The translations under genes and the position numbers were made by a program. From an uncultured Chlamydiae bacterium (GTDB lineage: Bacteria > Chlamydiota > Chlamydiia > Chlamydiales > JAJFMB01), in assembly GCA_963696295.1 (NCBI GenBank), contig CAVOJR010000001.1, positions 1,024,001 through 1,088,000 on the forward strand: a stretch of DNA of 64,000 nt, read 5' to 3'. The notes under the pieces were generated by a model. The model saw only the letters and a program-made list of their open reading frames with translations. It searched no databases and was not told the DNA's origin. This document shows, piece after piece, positions 28,719-38,448 of the stretch. How positions within the stretch are numbered: position 1 is the first letter of the stretch; each line of letters begins with the position of its first letter.

Positions 28719-30743
28719 AGCCGCTTCCAGGCGCAGTTTGATGCGGTTATCGGGATCGAAAGCATAAGCCCATTGCCAGCTAGGCAGGGCCATTTTTTCC
28801 GTGCGAAAGTGCACCTTGCCATTCTTGCTGTAGCCCACTGTCCTGTGGCCGGGCGGCACCTCAACGCGGCAAGGGCCCTCAATGACCAGGTCTTCGGCAA
28901 AAAACTCCGATTCGCCGAGAAGGCGGATTTCCAGCGCTTCCTTCCTTTGAATGCGGTTTTTCCAATAAATATTCTCCCCATGCCGGTCGATCCCCCCGTT
29001 CCTCACCGTCACCCCCTTCAGAAAACATCGCCCCCCCTTAATCGAATCGGCAGAAATGAGCAGACTTCCCTCAATGCGGCAGGAATGGAGCAAAAGCTCC
29101 GCAATCTCCAGCTGAAGTTCGGAACCGGGCGTCAAAACCCCTCCGTCAATTTTTTGAGATATAATGGAATAGAGGGGCCCCAAAGCGGGGTGATACAGGA
29201 AAAAAAATGAAGGGCCGTTTTTTAAAAATTCCTCCAGCGGAGGAAGATCGGGCAGGCTCATTTGGCACATTTTCAACAACTCGTGGGCGTTTTGCAGCAA
29301 GTCGTACAGAGCCCCTTCCGGAGTCCCCACAGCTGTTTTTCCGGGGGTATAGGATTGTTTGGTCGCCGAAATGGTCTTTTCCCGCTTATTGTAGGTGAGA
29401 TAGGTCCTTAAGCGGTTCGGATCTCTGTCGACGATTTCATCGGCTACCGCCTGCATCATCGATTCCAGCCGGCCGGCCGGCACATCGCCAGCTTTGGTCT
29501 TCATGTTGATCAGCATGCCGGGAATGGGATTCTTTTTGGCGGCTTTTCCGACCACCTCCAGGTCGGCAAACAAAATATTGGTGTTAGCCGGGAAAGCCGA
29601 ATAGGGGCTTCCGGGATGTTCCGGAACATCTTCGATGCCGTGCTTCGCAAAATCGGTGTATTCGATATTGCCCAAATGGTACTGATGCCCCTCTTCCACT
29701 AAAACCACCATCCCTTCGGCCGTATTCAGCAGCCGGGAACAGGAGGCGAATCCGAAGGCCTTTTTCTCGGCCATTCCAACTCCGGCAAATGCGAGCAGTC
29801 CCGAGTCCGTGCCGGCAATGGGGTTGTTGATCTGGCGCAGCAACACATGATGCCTCTTTTGGCCGCGCAGCCACTCAATCGCCCCGCTGTCAAGGGCCAG
29901 TTTCCAGATAGCCCCATGGCCTCCCGGCTTGGTCATCGGCTGCAAAGGTCCCTGCATCACCCATTCTCCTTCAGCCGAAATCACAGGCACCAGCGGCTGG
30001 GTGATAAAAAAGAAGCTCTCCTTCGGCCTGCCAAACCATCTATTCTGCTCGAAAATATGCAGAATCTTCTGATGATTGTTTTTTTCATGCGAGGTCATGA
30101 GGAGAACCGGCGTGATCAGGGGCTGATCATACAATTTTTCATGCAGCCACTCCCGCGCCTGCAAATCCCGGATCAACCCTTCTAAAAGCGTGCGCCCGGC
30201 AAACAGAAGTTCGGCGGCCGGCAGCGCCTCGCCGCTTTGCTCATCCCGCAAATCGAGGCGGTCCCCCGCTCCTCCAACCGGATAAATCTCCGCCATCTTA
30301 GGCAAGCAGGCAATACCTTCGCGGACAAAGGCTGAAACTTGCGCTGATTCCTCAGAAATATCCATTTCGTTCGGCTTGTGGTAGCGCACTTCATGTTCGA
30401 TCTGCTTTTGCCTGATAAGCTTCAAAACAGCAAGATGGTAGCCCACAAGGCCGCCGATCGGCTCATAAAATTTTTCCACAGGGATTAAACTTTTCACCAG
30501 TTGGCGCAGCGCCTCAAAGGGTTCGCTCAACTGCTCCAGCCCCCTAAAAACCACATCGCCCTGATCAATGGCGACCAGCGATTTGATAATCACGAGGCAT
30601 TCCGGCTGAAGGCCTTGGCAATAGGTTTGCAAAATCTTTGAAGGATATTCTTTTCCCTCTAAAATATCGATTTTTTCATAAGCGCTTTTTGCCCCTTTTA
30701 AGCGCTCGGCAATAGGTGTAAGAATCTCTATAGACCGTTTCAT
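28701..30743 (-). CDS. UTP--glucose-1-phosphate uridylyltransferase family (chlamydial/plant UGP3-like)
   Basis: GGAGDRL, KPGGHG, RQINNP, NIEY, FPANTN, RLESMMQ. Confidence 0.88.
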   Translation of the reverse strand: MKRSIEILTPIAERLKGAKSAYEKIDILEGKEYPSKILQTYCQGLQPECLVIIKSLVAIDQGDVVFRGLEQLSEPFEALRQLVKSLIPVEKFYEPIGGLVGYHLAVLKLIRQKQIEHEVRYHKPNEMDISEESAQVSAFVREGIACLPKMAEIYPVGGAGDRLDLRDEQSGEALPAAELLFAGRTLLEGLIRDLQAREWLHEKLYDQPLITPVLLMTSHEKNNHQKILHIFEQNRWFGRPKESFFFITQPLVPVISAEGEWVMQGPLQPMTKPGGHGAIWKLALDSGAIEWLRGQKRHHVLLRQINNPIAGTDSGLLAFAGVGMAEKKAFGFASCSRLLNTAEGMVVLVEEGHQYHLGNIEYTDFAKHGIEDVPEHPGSPYSAFPANTNILFADLEVVGKAAKKNPIPGMLINMKTKAGDVPAGRLESMMQAVADEIVDRDPNRLRTYLTYNKREKTISATKQSYTPGKTAVGTPEGALYDLLQNAHELLKMCQMSLPDLPPLEEFLKNGPSFFFLYHPALGPLYSIISQKIDGGVLTPGSELQLEIAELLLHSCRIEGSLLISADSIKGGRCFLKGVTVRNGGIDRHGENIYWKNRIQRKEALEIRLLGESEFFAEDLVIEGPCRVEVPPGHRTVGYSKNGKVHFRTEKMALPSWQWAYAFDPDNRIKLRLEAASPSIC

Positions 30744-30886
30744 GCCACCACCTTAGCCATTTTCCAGGAGAAAGGCAATAAAAAAAATCTCACTAAAATG
30801 TGAATTTCTTTTGACTATAAAAAAAGAAAGAACGATAAAAGGAATCCACGAGAGAAACAAGTTCACTAAACAGAAGGAGTGACAAA

Positions 30887-31171
30887 ATGGCAACATCAAC
30901 AAAAAAAGAACCAAAAAAAGAACCAAAAAAACCATCAGCGTTCATGAAACCGGTGGAAATCAGTGAAGCCTTGGCTGCTGTCGTCGGCAAAGGACCTATG
31001 CCACGCACAGAAGTGACAAAAAAACTTTGGGATTATATCAAAAAAAATAAGCTGCAAGATAAAGACAACAAAAGAAACATCAACCCCGATCAAAAACTTG
31101 CTAAAGTTTTGGGAACGGCTTCTATCGACATGTTCAAAATGACAAGCAAACTTTCCAAACACCTCAGCTAA
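30887..31171 (+). CDS. Stand-alone SWIB/MDM2 domain protein
   Basis: MPRTEVTKKLWDYIKKNKLQD...IDMFKMTSKLSKHL. Confidence 0.95.
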   Translation: MATSTKKEPKKEPKKPSAFMKPVEISEALAAVVGKGPMPRTEVTKKLWDYIKKNKLQDKDNKRNINPDQKLAKVLGTASIDMFKMTSKLSKHLS

Positions 31172-31186
31172 TTCTTTTGACTGTAG

Positions 31187-31218
31187 CGAGGGTCTTTTGC
31201 ATTAGATCCTCGCATTTC
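31187..31218 (+). terminator. Hairpin after the SWIB gene, probable terminator
   Basis: gcgagggtct-tttgcatt-agatcctcgc followed by attt. Confidence 0.5.
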
Positions 31219-31245
31219 TATTGAAGATCTGATAAAATCTTCACC

Positions 31246-32163
31246 ATGTTTAACTCATTTGATATAATCTGTCTGCTCAGCCTGATTGGCGTCTGGCCGA
31301 GATATGCAGCCCCCGGGCGAGTGAAAATCACCCGCCGCACGCTGCAAATCCCCCGTTTGCCGCAAAATCTCACTTTACTGCAACTCAGCGATCTGCACCT
31401 GAACCCCGCCCACTCCGACCGATTATTAAATAAAATTATATCACATATAAAGACCCTTAAACCCGATATTATCGTCTACACGGGCGATTTCTTATGCCGA
31501 AGCCTCCTCGGCGATCAGCGGCTCAAACCCTTTTTAAACGCCCTGTCCGCTCCGCTCGGCTGTTTTGCCGTGCTTGGCAACCACGATTACGCCCACTACG
31601 TCGGCATAAACGAAAACGGGGAGTATGACAGCGTGGATCATAGAAGCCTGCTGCAAAAATCGGTGCAGATGCTATGCCGGCAAATCAGGCTCCAGGGCAA
31701 AACGACAGAACGCGCCCTCAGCCCTCCTCTCCACGCAGAACTGCTCGCACTTTTGCGAGAAACCCCCTTCCAGCTTCTGCATAACGAAACGGTGCAAATC
31801 AACGGCGCTTTGAATATCTGCGGCCTTGGAGAATACACGGCAGGGCATTGCCAACCTCAAAAAGCCTTTGGGAGCTACGCTAAAGAGCTGCCCGGTGTGA
31901 TCCTCCTCCACAACCCCGACGCCGTTCCCCTGCTGAAAAGCTATCCCGGCGACCTGATCTTATGCGGCCATACCCATGGAGCGCAGATTAACCTGCCCCT
32001 CTTCAAGTCGCGCCTGACGCCGATGGAATATCCGCAATACAAAAGGGGACTTTTGTGCGAGGATTCGAAATGGATCTACACGAACCGGGGTTTAGGGGGC
32101 ACTTTTCCCATGAGAATATTTTCCCCTCCCGAAATCGCTCTTTTTAACCTGGAGTCTAAATGA
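31246..32163 (+). CDS. lpxG: Metallophosphoesterase, probable UDP-2,3-diacylglucosamine diphosphatase LpxG
   Basis: SDLH, TGDF, GNHD, HNPD, GHTHG; between SWIB and ispD as in Chlamydia. Confidence 0.85.
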   Translation: MFNSFDIICLLSLIGVWPRYAAPGRVKITRRTLQIPRLPQNLTLLQLSDLHLNPAHSDRLLNKIISHIKTLKPDIIVYTGDFLCRSLLGDQRLKPFLNALSAPLGCFAVLGNHDYAHYVGINENGEYDSVDHRSLLQKSVQMLCRQIRLQGKTTERALSPPLHAELLALLRETPFQLLHNETVQINGALNICGLGEYTAGHCQPQKAFGSYAKELPGVILLHNPDAVPLLKSYPGDLILCGHTHGAQINLPLFKSRLTPMEYPQYKRGLLCEDSKWIYTNRGLGGTFPMRIFSPPEIALFNLESK

Positions 32164-32819
32164 AAATTGCCGTTGTGCTGCTCGCGGGCGGACAGGGCAC
32201 CCGCATGAATGCGCCGCTGCCGAAACAGTATCTCCCCTTAAATGAGAAACCGGTCGCCCGGCATAGTTTCGACCTCTTTCTCTCTATCGAAGAAGTTTGT
32301 GAAATCGCCGTCGTCTGCGAGCCGGCCTACCGCCACCTCTTTCACACAACCTTAAAGCCCATCACATTCGCCCCTCCGGGAAAAAGGCGCCAGGACTCGG
32401 TTTACAGCGGTTTTCAGGCTCTCACCTCAGCTCCAGACCTCGTTTGCGTGCACGATTCCGCGCGGCCCCAGATCAGCGCCGAACTTGTGAAAAGAGTTTT
32501 TGCCGCTGCAAAAGAGCATGGAGCCGCCACCGTCGGCATGCCCATCCGTTTCACGGTCAAGGAGTGCGATGAACAGCAGATGGTGGTCCGCACCCCCGAC
32601 CGGGAAAAAGTCTGGGAGATCCAGACCCCTCAAGTGCTGGAGTACCGCCTGCTTGAGAAGGGGTTTACCCTGGTGCATGAAAAAGGGCTTACGGTCACGG
32701 ATGATGTTTCGATCGCCGAACTGCTCGGCCATCCGGTCAAACTGGTGGAGGGGAGCACCGGAAATATTAAAATAACCACCCCTGAAGATTATCAACTTTT
32801 ACAACTCATGTTAAAATGA
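32160..32819 (+). CDS. ispD: 2-C-methyl-D-erythritol 4-phosphate cytidylyltransferase
   Basis: LAGGQGTRM, PKQY, RQDSV, HDSARP, QTPQ, TDD, NIKITT. Confidence 0.96.
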   Translation: MKIAVVLLAGGQGTRMNAPLPKQYLPLNEKPVARHSFDLFLSIEEVCEIAVVCEPAYRHLFHTTLKPITFAPPGKRRQDSVYSGFQALTSAPDLVCVHDSARPQISAELVKRVFAAAKEHGAATVGMPIRFTVKECDEQQMVVRTPDREKVWEIQTPQVLEYRLLEKGFTLVHEKGLTVTDDVSIAELLGHPVKLVEGSTGNIKITTPEDYQLLQLMLK

Positions 32820-33592
32820 AATACAAATTAACTATCGCCTATGATGGAACCCGTTACAGCGGCTGGCAGATTCAGCCCAACGCGCCCACCATCCAGGCGC
32901 TCATTCAAGACGCCGTTAAAGTCGTGGTGAAGCACGATACCTCGCTCATCGGATCGGGCCGCACTGATGCCGGCGTGCACGCTTTAGGGCAAGTCGCCCA
33001 CTTTCAAACGGAGAGGGAGTTCGACCCCGGCCGCCTGCGCGCCGCCCTCAACGGCCTTTTGCCCCACGATATCCGCATCAATAGCGCCGAAGAAGCCCCT
33101 TCCGATTTCCACGCCCAATACAGCGCCTCCAGCAAAACGTACCACTACCATCTCTTTTTGAACAAAGTGGACGACCCCTTTACCCGTCCCTTCCACCTAA
33201 GACTGAGCCAGCCCATCGATATCGAACTCCTGCAGGCAGCGGCAGCCCATTTCGTCGGCACCCGCGACTTCACCTCCTTCGCCAATGAGCCGGGGGCCGG
33301 GGCTGTGGCCAAGAACCCCGTGCGCACCCTGAAGCGGCTCGACATCGTGCCGGAGCCGGGAGGGCTTAGGCTCGAATTCGAATCGAACGGCTTTCTCTAC
33401 AAGATGGTGCGCAACATCATGGGCGCCCTGCTGGAGGTGGTCTTGCACAAGCGCCGCATCGAAGAGATCCCCGAAATTTTCGCCGCTAAAGACCGCCGCC
33501 GCGCCGGCATCGCCGCGCCCCCTCACGGCCTCTTCCTCGCCCACGTCGACTATTCTCCTAAAAGTGGAAAAATGCCTATTTCAGGAGATTAG
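32816..33592 (+). CDS. truA: tRNA pseudouridine(38-40) synthase
   Basis: YDGTRYSGWQ, SGRTDAGVHA, FLYKMVR, APPHGLFL. Confidence 0.97.
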   Translation: MKYKLTIAYDGTRYSGWQIQPNAPTIQALIQDAVKVVVKHDTSLIGSGRTDAGVHALGQVAHFQTEREFDPGRLRAALNGLLPHDIRINSAEEAPSDFHAQYSASSKTYHYHLFLNKVDDPFTRPFHLRLSQPIDIELLQAAAAHFVGTRDFTSFANEPGAGAVAKNPVRTLKRLDIVPEPGGLRLEFESNGFLYKMVRNIMGALLEVVLHKRRIEEIPEIFAAKDRRRAGIAAPPHGLFLAHVDYSPKSGKMPISGD

Positions 33593-33643
33593 CTTTTGCT
33601 TTTTAAATCTCCTAAATGATATATATGTCTATTTTAGGAGATT
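33554..33643. promoter_or_regulatory. Two tandem dyad sites (TCTCCTAAA ... TTYAGGAGA), putative operators
   Basis: Copies at 33554-33588 and 33606-33643, just upstream of ATG 33650. Confidence 0.6.
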
Positions 33644-33649
33644 AGCGAA

Positions 33650-35086
33650 ATGACCTTATTTTTTGGAAGGAAGGAGGAGCTTGACCGATTAAGGCGCCTC
33701 AAGCGGTTGAAAAAAGCGTCTCTTGCCGTGATTAAAGGGAGGCGACGGGTAGGAAAAAGCACTCTCGTAGAAGAATTTGCCAAAAATAAGCGATTTATTT
33801 CCCTTTCGGGAATTCCGCCCGCTCCCGGGATAACGCAACAGAAACAAAGAGACGAGTTCGCAGATCAGCTATGCTCTCAACTCCATTTACCCAAAGTTGT
33901 CTTTTCCACCTGGTCAGACGCATTCAGATTTCTCGGATCTCTGATAGGGACTGAAGAAATCACGGTCCTTTTCGATGAAATTTCCTGGATGGGCGGCCTT
34001 GATCCGAGTTTTTTAGGCTCTTTAAAAACATGGTGGGACCAGGAAGGCAGCAAGAAACCAAACTTAATTCTTATCCTATGCGGTTCCATATCGACCTGGA
34101 TTGAAAAAAATATCTTACATAGCACGGGATTTGTAGGCAGAATTTCTTTAGTCATTCACTTAAAACCATTATCCATTCCGGAATCCGTTTCATTCTTGAG
34201 GAAAAAGGGATTTACCGGTTCTGCTTATGAGTTGTTGAAGATTTTATCTGTCACAGGAGGGATCCCCTGGTATCTTGACTTAATCGATCCTAAAGAGAGC
34301 GCCGATAAAAACATTTACGAACTCTGCTTTGAACCCGCCAGTCAGTTAATCAACGAATTTCAGACCATTTTTCACGATCTTTTTGAACGTAAAGGGGAAA
34401 TGTATCGCAAAATTTTGCAAATTTTAGTGGATGGGATGAAGACGCAACAAGAAATTCGGGAACAATTAAAGCTCCCCGAAGGGGGAACTCTAAGTGAATA
34501 TCTCAATAATTTAGCAAATGCCGGTTATGTATCTGAACATTACCAATGGTCCTTTAAAAAGGGATTAGTTGGAAAACAAAAGCTTTATCGGCTGAGTGAT
34601 TGTTTCCTCCGTTTCCAATTAAAATATGTGGAGCCATATCGGGACCTCATTGAGAGAGGAGCCTATAAGAAGGCAGCTACAGGCAAACTTCCCGGTTGGG
34701 ACTCGATTATGGGTTTTCAACTTGAAAGCCTACTGCTTACGAATAGGGAATTTCTCTTCCATGCCCTAAGTTTGGACCCCTCTTTAATTGTCTGTGACAA
34801 TCCTTTTATACAAACGGCGACATCAAAAAGAAAAGGATGTCAAATCGATTATCTGATTCAAACGAAAATGAATAGCCTGATTATTTGTGAATTCAAATTT
34901 AGTAAAAATGAATTGAATTCTTCAATTCTTAAAGAACTTAAAGAAAAATCGGAGAGTCTTTCGATACCCAGAGGATTTGGCAAAGCAATCGCCCTTTTTC
35001 ATATTGGAGGGGTCTCACCTAAAGTTGAAGAAAGCCCATTATTATATCGGGTCATCGATCTTAGAACTTTGCTCGATGAAACTTAA
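33650..35086 (+). CDS. Archaeal-type AAA ATPase with winged HTH and C-terminal PD-(D/E)xK (DUF234-like) domain
   Basis: FFGRKEEL, GRRRVGKS, LFDE, CGS, TGGIPWY, QIDYL...CEFKFS. Confidence 0.9.
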   Translation: MTLFFGRKEELDRLRRLKRLKKASLAVIKGRRRVGKSTLVEEFAKNKRFISLSGIPPAPGITQQKQRDEFADQLCSQLHLPKVVFSTWSDAFRFLGSLIGTEEITVLFDEISWMGGLDPSFLGSLKTWWDQEGSKKPNLILILCGSISTWIEKNILHSTGFVGRISLVIHLKPLSIPESVSFLRKKGFTGSAYELLKILSVTGGIPWYLDLIDPKESADKNIYELCFEPASQLINEFQTIFHDLFERKGEMYRKILQILVDGMKTQQEIREQLKLPEGGTLSEYLNNLANAGYVSEHYQWSFKKGLVGKQKLYRLSDCFLRFQLKYVEPYRDLIERGAYKKAATGKLPGWDSIMGFQLESLLLTNREFLFHALSLDPSLIVCDNPFIQTATSKRKGCQIDYLIQTKMNSLIICEFKFSKNELNSSILKELKEKSESLSIPRGFGKAIALFHIGGVSPKVEESPLLYRVIDLRTLLDET

Positions 35087-35146
35087 AAAATGTCTTCACT
35101 CTAATTCTTACTTCAGGGAAAATGGAAGAAAAATTTTTACTGGAGC

Positions 35147-37641
35147 TTGTTCATGCGCGCCCGCTTTTTACCCCTTTTTCTCTTTTGCCAATTTCTCACG
35201 GCCAAGGAGATTACCGTCGATAACAATCTGAACTCCGGGCCCGGATCATTGAGGCAAGCCCTGCTGGAGGCCGAGCCCTCGGATGTCATCCAGTTTGATA
35301 GGAATTTAGGTCTCATTCAGATCGGCTCTTCCGCTGATGCAAAGACAGCTCTTCCCGTGTTAAACGGGGTGACGATCCATGGCCACGGGACGGCGATTTC
35401 CGGAGAAGGGGCCTATCCCATCTTTTTTGCCTTCAGCGGTGAAAACACCCTCCACGACCTCACCCTCATCAGCGGTAAGGGGCAGGGGGGCAATGGGGGA
35501 GATGGATCCGGCGGCGGCGGCGGCGCGCTCGGTGCGGGCGGGGCTCTTTTCATCAGCCCCGGTTTGACCGTGAACCTCCACAACGTCGTTTTTGAAGAGA
35601 ACGAGGTCATGGGGGGAGAGGGAGGCAAGGCCATTCCCGGCACCTATATTGGCGGCGGCGGCGGCGGCGGATGCTATAATAGCGACGGGGGTAATTCCTC
35701 CCTAAGTATCGGCGGCAGCGGAGCCGGAGGGGGCGGAATTTTCAACTGCCCGGGTGGAGAGGGGGATTACAGCGGCGGCGGCGGCGGCGGCACGCACTTA
35801 AGCGGTGGAGGGAGTGGAGTTGGCTATGTTAGTTTTAACCTACCACCATACGGATCACAATTGGCATCTGGTGGAGGAGGAGGGGGGGAGTATTCCAATG
35901 TCCGGGAGGAGACACCAATGCGGGCAGCGCTGGCGGAGGAGGCGGGTTTAATTTCTCCCCGGGAGGCAGTGTGAAAACACCCACTACAACAGTCTACCTG
36001 GGCGGCTGCGGCGGCGGGGGACAAGATGGAAATGGGGGTATTCCGCCGATAGATAGTTATGTAGGCGGAGCCGGAGGTGCAGAGGGAGGCGGTAATGGAG
36101 GAGCTGGAAACTTAACTGTCTTAAATCCCACTCCTGGGGCAACCGGTGCTGCTGGAGGTTCTGCAGGCGGCGGCGGCGGCGGCGGCTATTCGATTACGGG
36201 CAATGGGGGAGCCGGGGGGAATGCCACTGTCGGCGGCGGCGGCGGCGGGGGAGGATCGGGCAATACTTTGGCGACTAAACCCCCTTACCCATTCTCAGGC
36301 GCCGGCGGAAACAGCTCTATGCAAGGCGGGGGAGGCGGCGGCGGTTTTTGCCGTTTTGGCAATGGAGGCAATGGGGGTAATGCTTCTTTTGGAGGAGGGG
36401 GCGGCGGCGGAGTCTTTTTCAATTCCTCATATAAAGATAATTCCCAAATTGGCGGATCGGGCGGTTCAAGTTATCTATGCGGCGGGGGCGGCGGCGCGGG
36501 TGTTGGGGCATCAGCCGCGGTTTCTCTCAGCACCGGCGGCCAGGGGGGCTTGGGCGGCGGCGGCGGCGGCGCGTCCAGCCGAAGCTCCACATGGGGAGCG
36601 GGCGGCTTTGGCGCAGGCAATGGCGGGGCGAAAGGGCAGGACGGCAGCGGCGGCTCAGCTTTTGGGGGCGCGGTGTTTATTGCCGAAAACGGCACGTTGA
36701 ACATGTTCCAGGGAGGAGCGGTCAATAACAAGGCCGTCTCGGGAGTCTCTGTTGAAGGCGACGGCTTCTATTTGATGTCCAGCAATCTGACCTTCCCCGG
36801 GTCCCATCAGGTTGTGATAGCCGATAGCATTGCGGGGCAAGGCACGATTACCAAAACAGGTCAGGGGCTTCTTGAGTTGTCGGCGGATAACCGCCCTTTC
36901 AGCGGCACGACCCTCATCGAGCAGGGAACGCTGCTCCTCACCGGCGTTTTAGAGGATCTCGTCATCACCACAAACTCCGGCATCTTGTCCGGCACAGGAC
37001 GGGTGCATGGAACTCTGCAAAACGGCGGCAAAGTGAGTCCGGGCAATCCCACCGGCGTTCTCACGGTGAATGGGCCCTACACGCAAAGCGGCGCCTTGCT
37101 CATCAATGCCCTGAATGCCGATCACTTTGGCAAACTCGTCGTCAACGGCAAGGCCCAGGTCAATGGCAACATCATCTTGAATTTTTTACCAGGAGAGGAC
37201 TTTTTTGACGGAGATCAGATTGTCATCCTCCAATCCAATCAAACGATCACGGGAACTTATACTTTTACCACTCAAAACGAGCCCTCCGATGTCGAGGCCG
37301 CTCTCATCAACGAAGGAAATAGCCTGGTTGTCTACTTCACTGTGATACTGCATCCCCCAACGCATCTTAAGGGAGAACAGATCAAAAATATCTTCCCGAC
37401 ACAAACAGAATATGTCAACCGGCTCACGTGGCAGAAAAGCCCAACGGCAGGGGTCGCAGCCTATATCATCTATCGAAATGGGGTAAGCATCGGGAAGGTT
37501 TTGGCCAAAGGCCCGCTCGTTTTTGACGACCACAATCAGCCAAAAGGAGTGGCTCAAACTTATGTGATCCGTTCGGCAGACAGCGAAGGGAACGAGGGAC
37601 CGCCGGCGACGGTCGTCGTTCCCCATCCTTTTAGAATATGA
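35147..37641 (+). CDS. Gly-rich adhesin/autotransporter-passenger-like protein, split by a frameshift at poly-G 35882-35888
   Basis: Signal peptide, DSGPGSLRQA-type motif (NSGPGSLRQA), Gly-rich repeats, ITKTGQGLLELSADN beta-strand repeat, C-terminal FN3-like domain; ORFs 35147-35974 and 35971-37641 join. Confidence 0.8.
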
Positions 37642-38347
37642 TGTTTATGCCGCCATATACGCTGTGGACGGTCGAAACTCCGCGCCATCTATAATGGAGG
37701 TTTTGCTCTTTGTCTCTCGTGAAGACCAAGCGGCTGCCGATATCATTTTGCGAATGGCTGAAGACGCCTCTGTAGGCCAGCGAAAAGTTCAGCCAATCCA
37801 AAAGGGAATACCCGATTCCCGTATTGATGACAGGCGCCCATTCGCTTTGGGAAAGGGTGTAGAGAATCGCACGGGAGGCATAGCTTATCCGATGGGGTTT
37901 AAAGGTTTCATGCACGCGGGCTCCCCCCACTTTGAAGAAGGCGTCAAAACCTTGCCAGGCATACGTTAAAGTCGCTGAAATATTCCCGTCGTGATTGCTG
38001 ATCCGATAAACGTTTTGGGAGGAATGAAACAGAATGTCGGCATGGCCGTTATCGTAGTATCCCCCTTCAATACCGACGTAGAAATTTTTTAAGGCGCAAA
38101 AGTTATAGCCGGCATAGCCCCCATAAGCAAAATGGCCCCTTTTACCGGAACCGAAATTGTTGGGCGTTGTGACAAACCCGCGGGTCGGTGTTTGCAGCCA
38201 GGCATAACCCACTTGCGATCCGATATAAAACCCGGGCCGATATTTCCCTTTAAAGCAGTTGTTGAAGTTAAAGGAGAAATTTTGAGCCACCCCTACCTGA
38301 CAGGTGGTCAAAAAAGAGAGAAGACATAATAACACAATTTTCTTCAT
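37631..38347 (-). CDS. Outer-membrane beta-barrel protein (OmpA-like transmembrane domain)
   Basis: Signal peptide; GFYIGSQVGY, GGYAGYNF, GIEGGY; terminal Phe. Confidence 0.8.
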   Translation of the reverse strand: MKKIVLLCLLSFLTTCQVGVAQNFSFNFNNCFKGKYRPGFYIGSQVGYAWLQTPTRGFVTTPNNFGSGKRGHFAYGGYAGYNFCALKNFYVGIEGGYYDNGHADILFHSSQNVYRISNHDGNISATLTYAWQGFDAFFKVGGARVHETFKPHRISYASRAILYTLSQSEWAPVINTGIGYSLLDWLNFSLAYRGVFSHSQNDIGSRLVFTRDKEQNLHYRWRGVSTVHSVYGGINIIF

Positions 38348-38448
38348 AAGGCATCCTTGTTTTTCCTTTACATACCTGGAATCGCCTTAGCTTGTCAAAA
38401 AAATAAATTTCCTACATAACACGGTTTTACTCAACTATAGGACAAATC

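Noticed and set aside
28363..28720. Repeat-encoded ORFs (LLKSHIMPYSAEPLN)n and (LRGSALYGIIWLFSK)n
   Set aside because: They are open only because the unit is 45 bp; no RBS or credible start.
35500..36660. GGC microsatellites as a separate repeat feature
   Set aside because: They simply encode the glycine runs of the adhesin-like protein.
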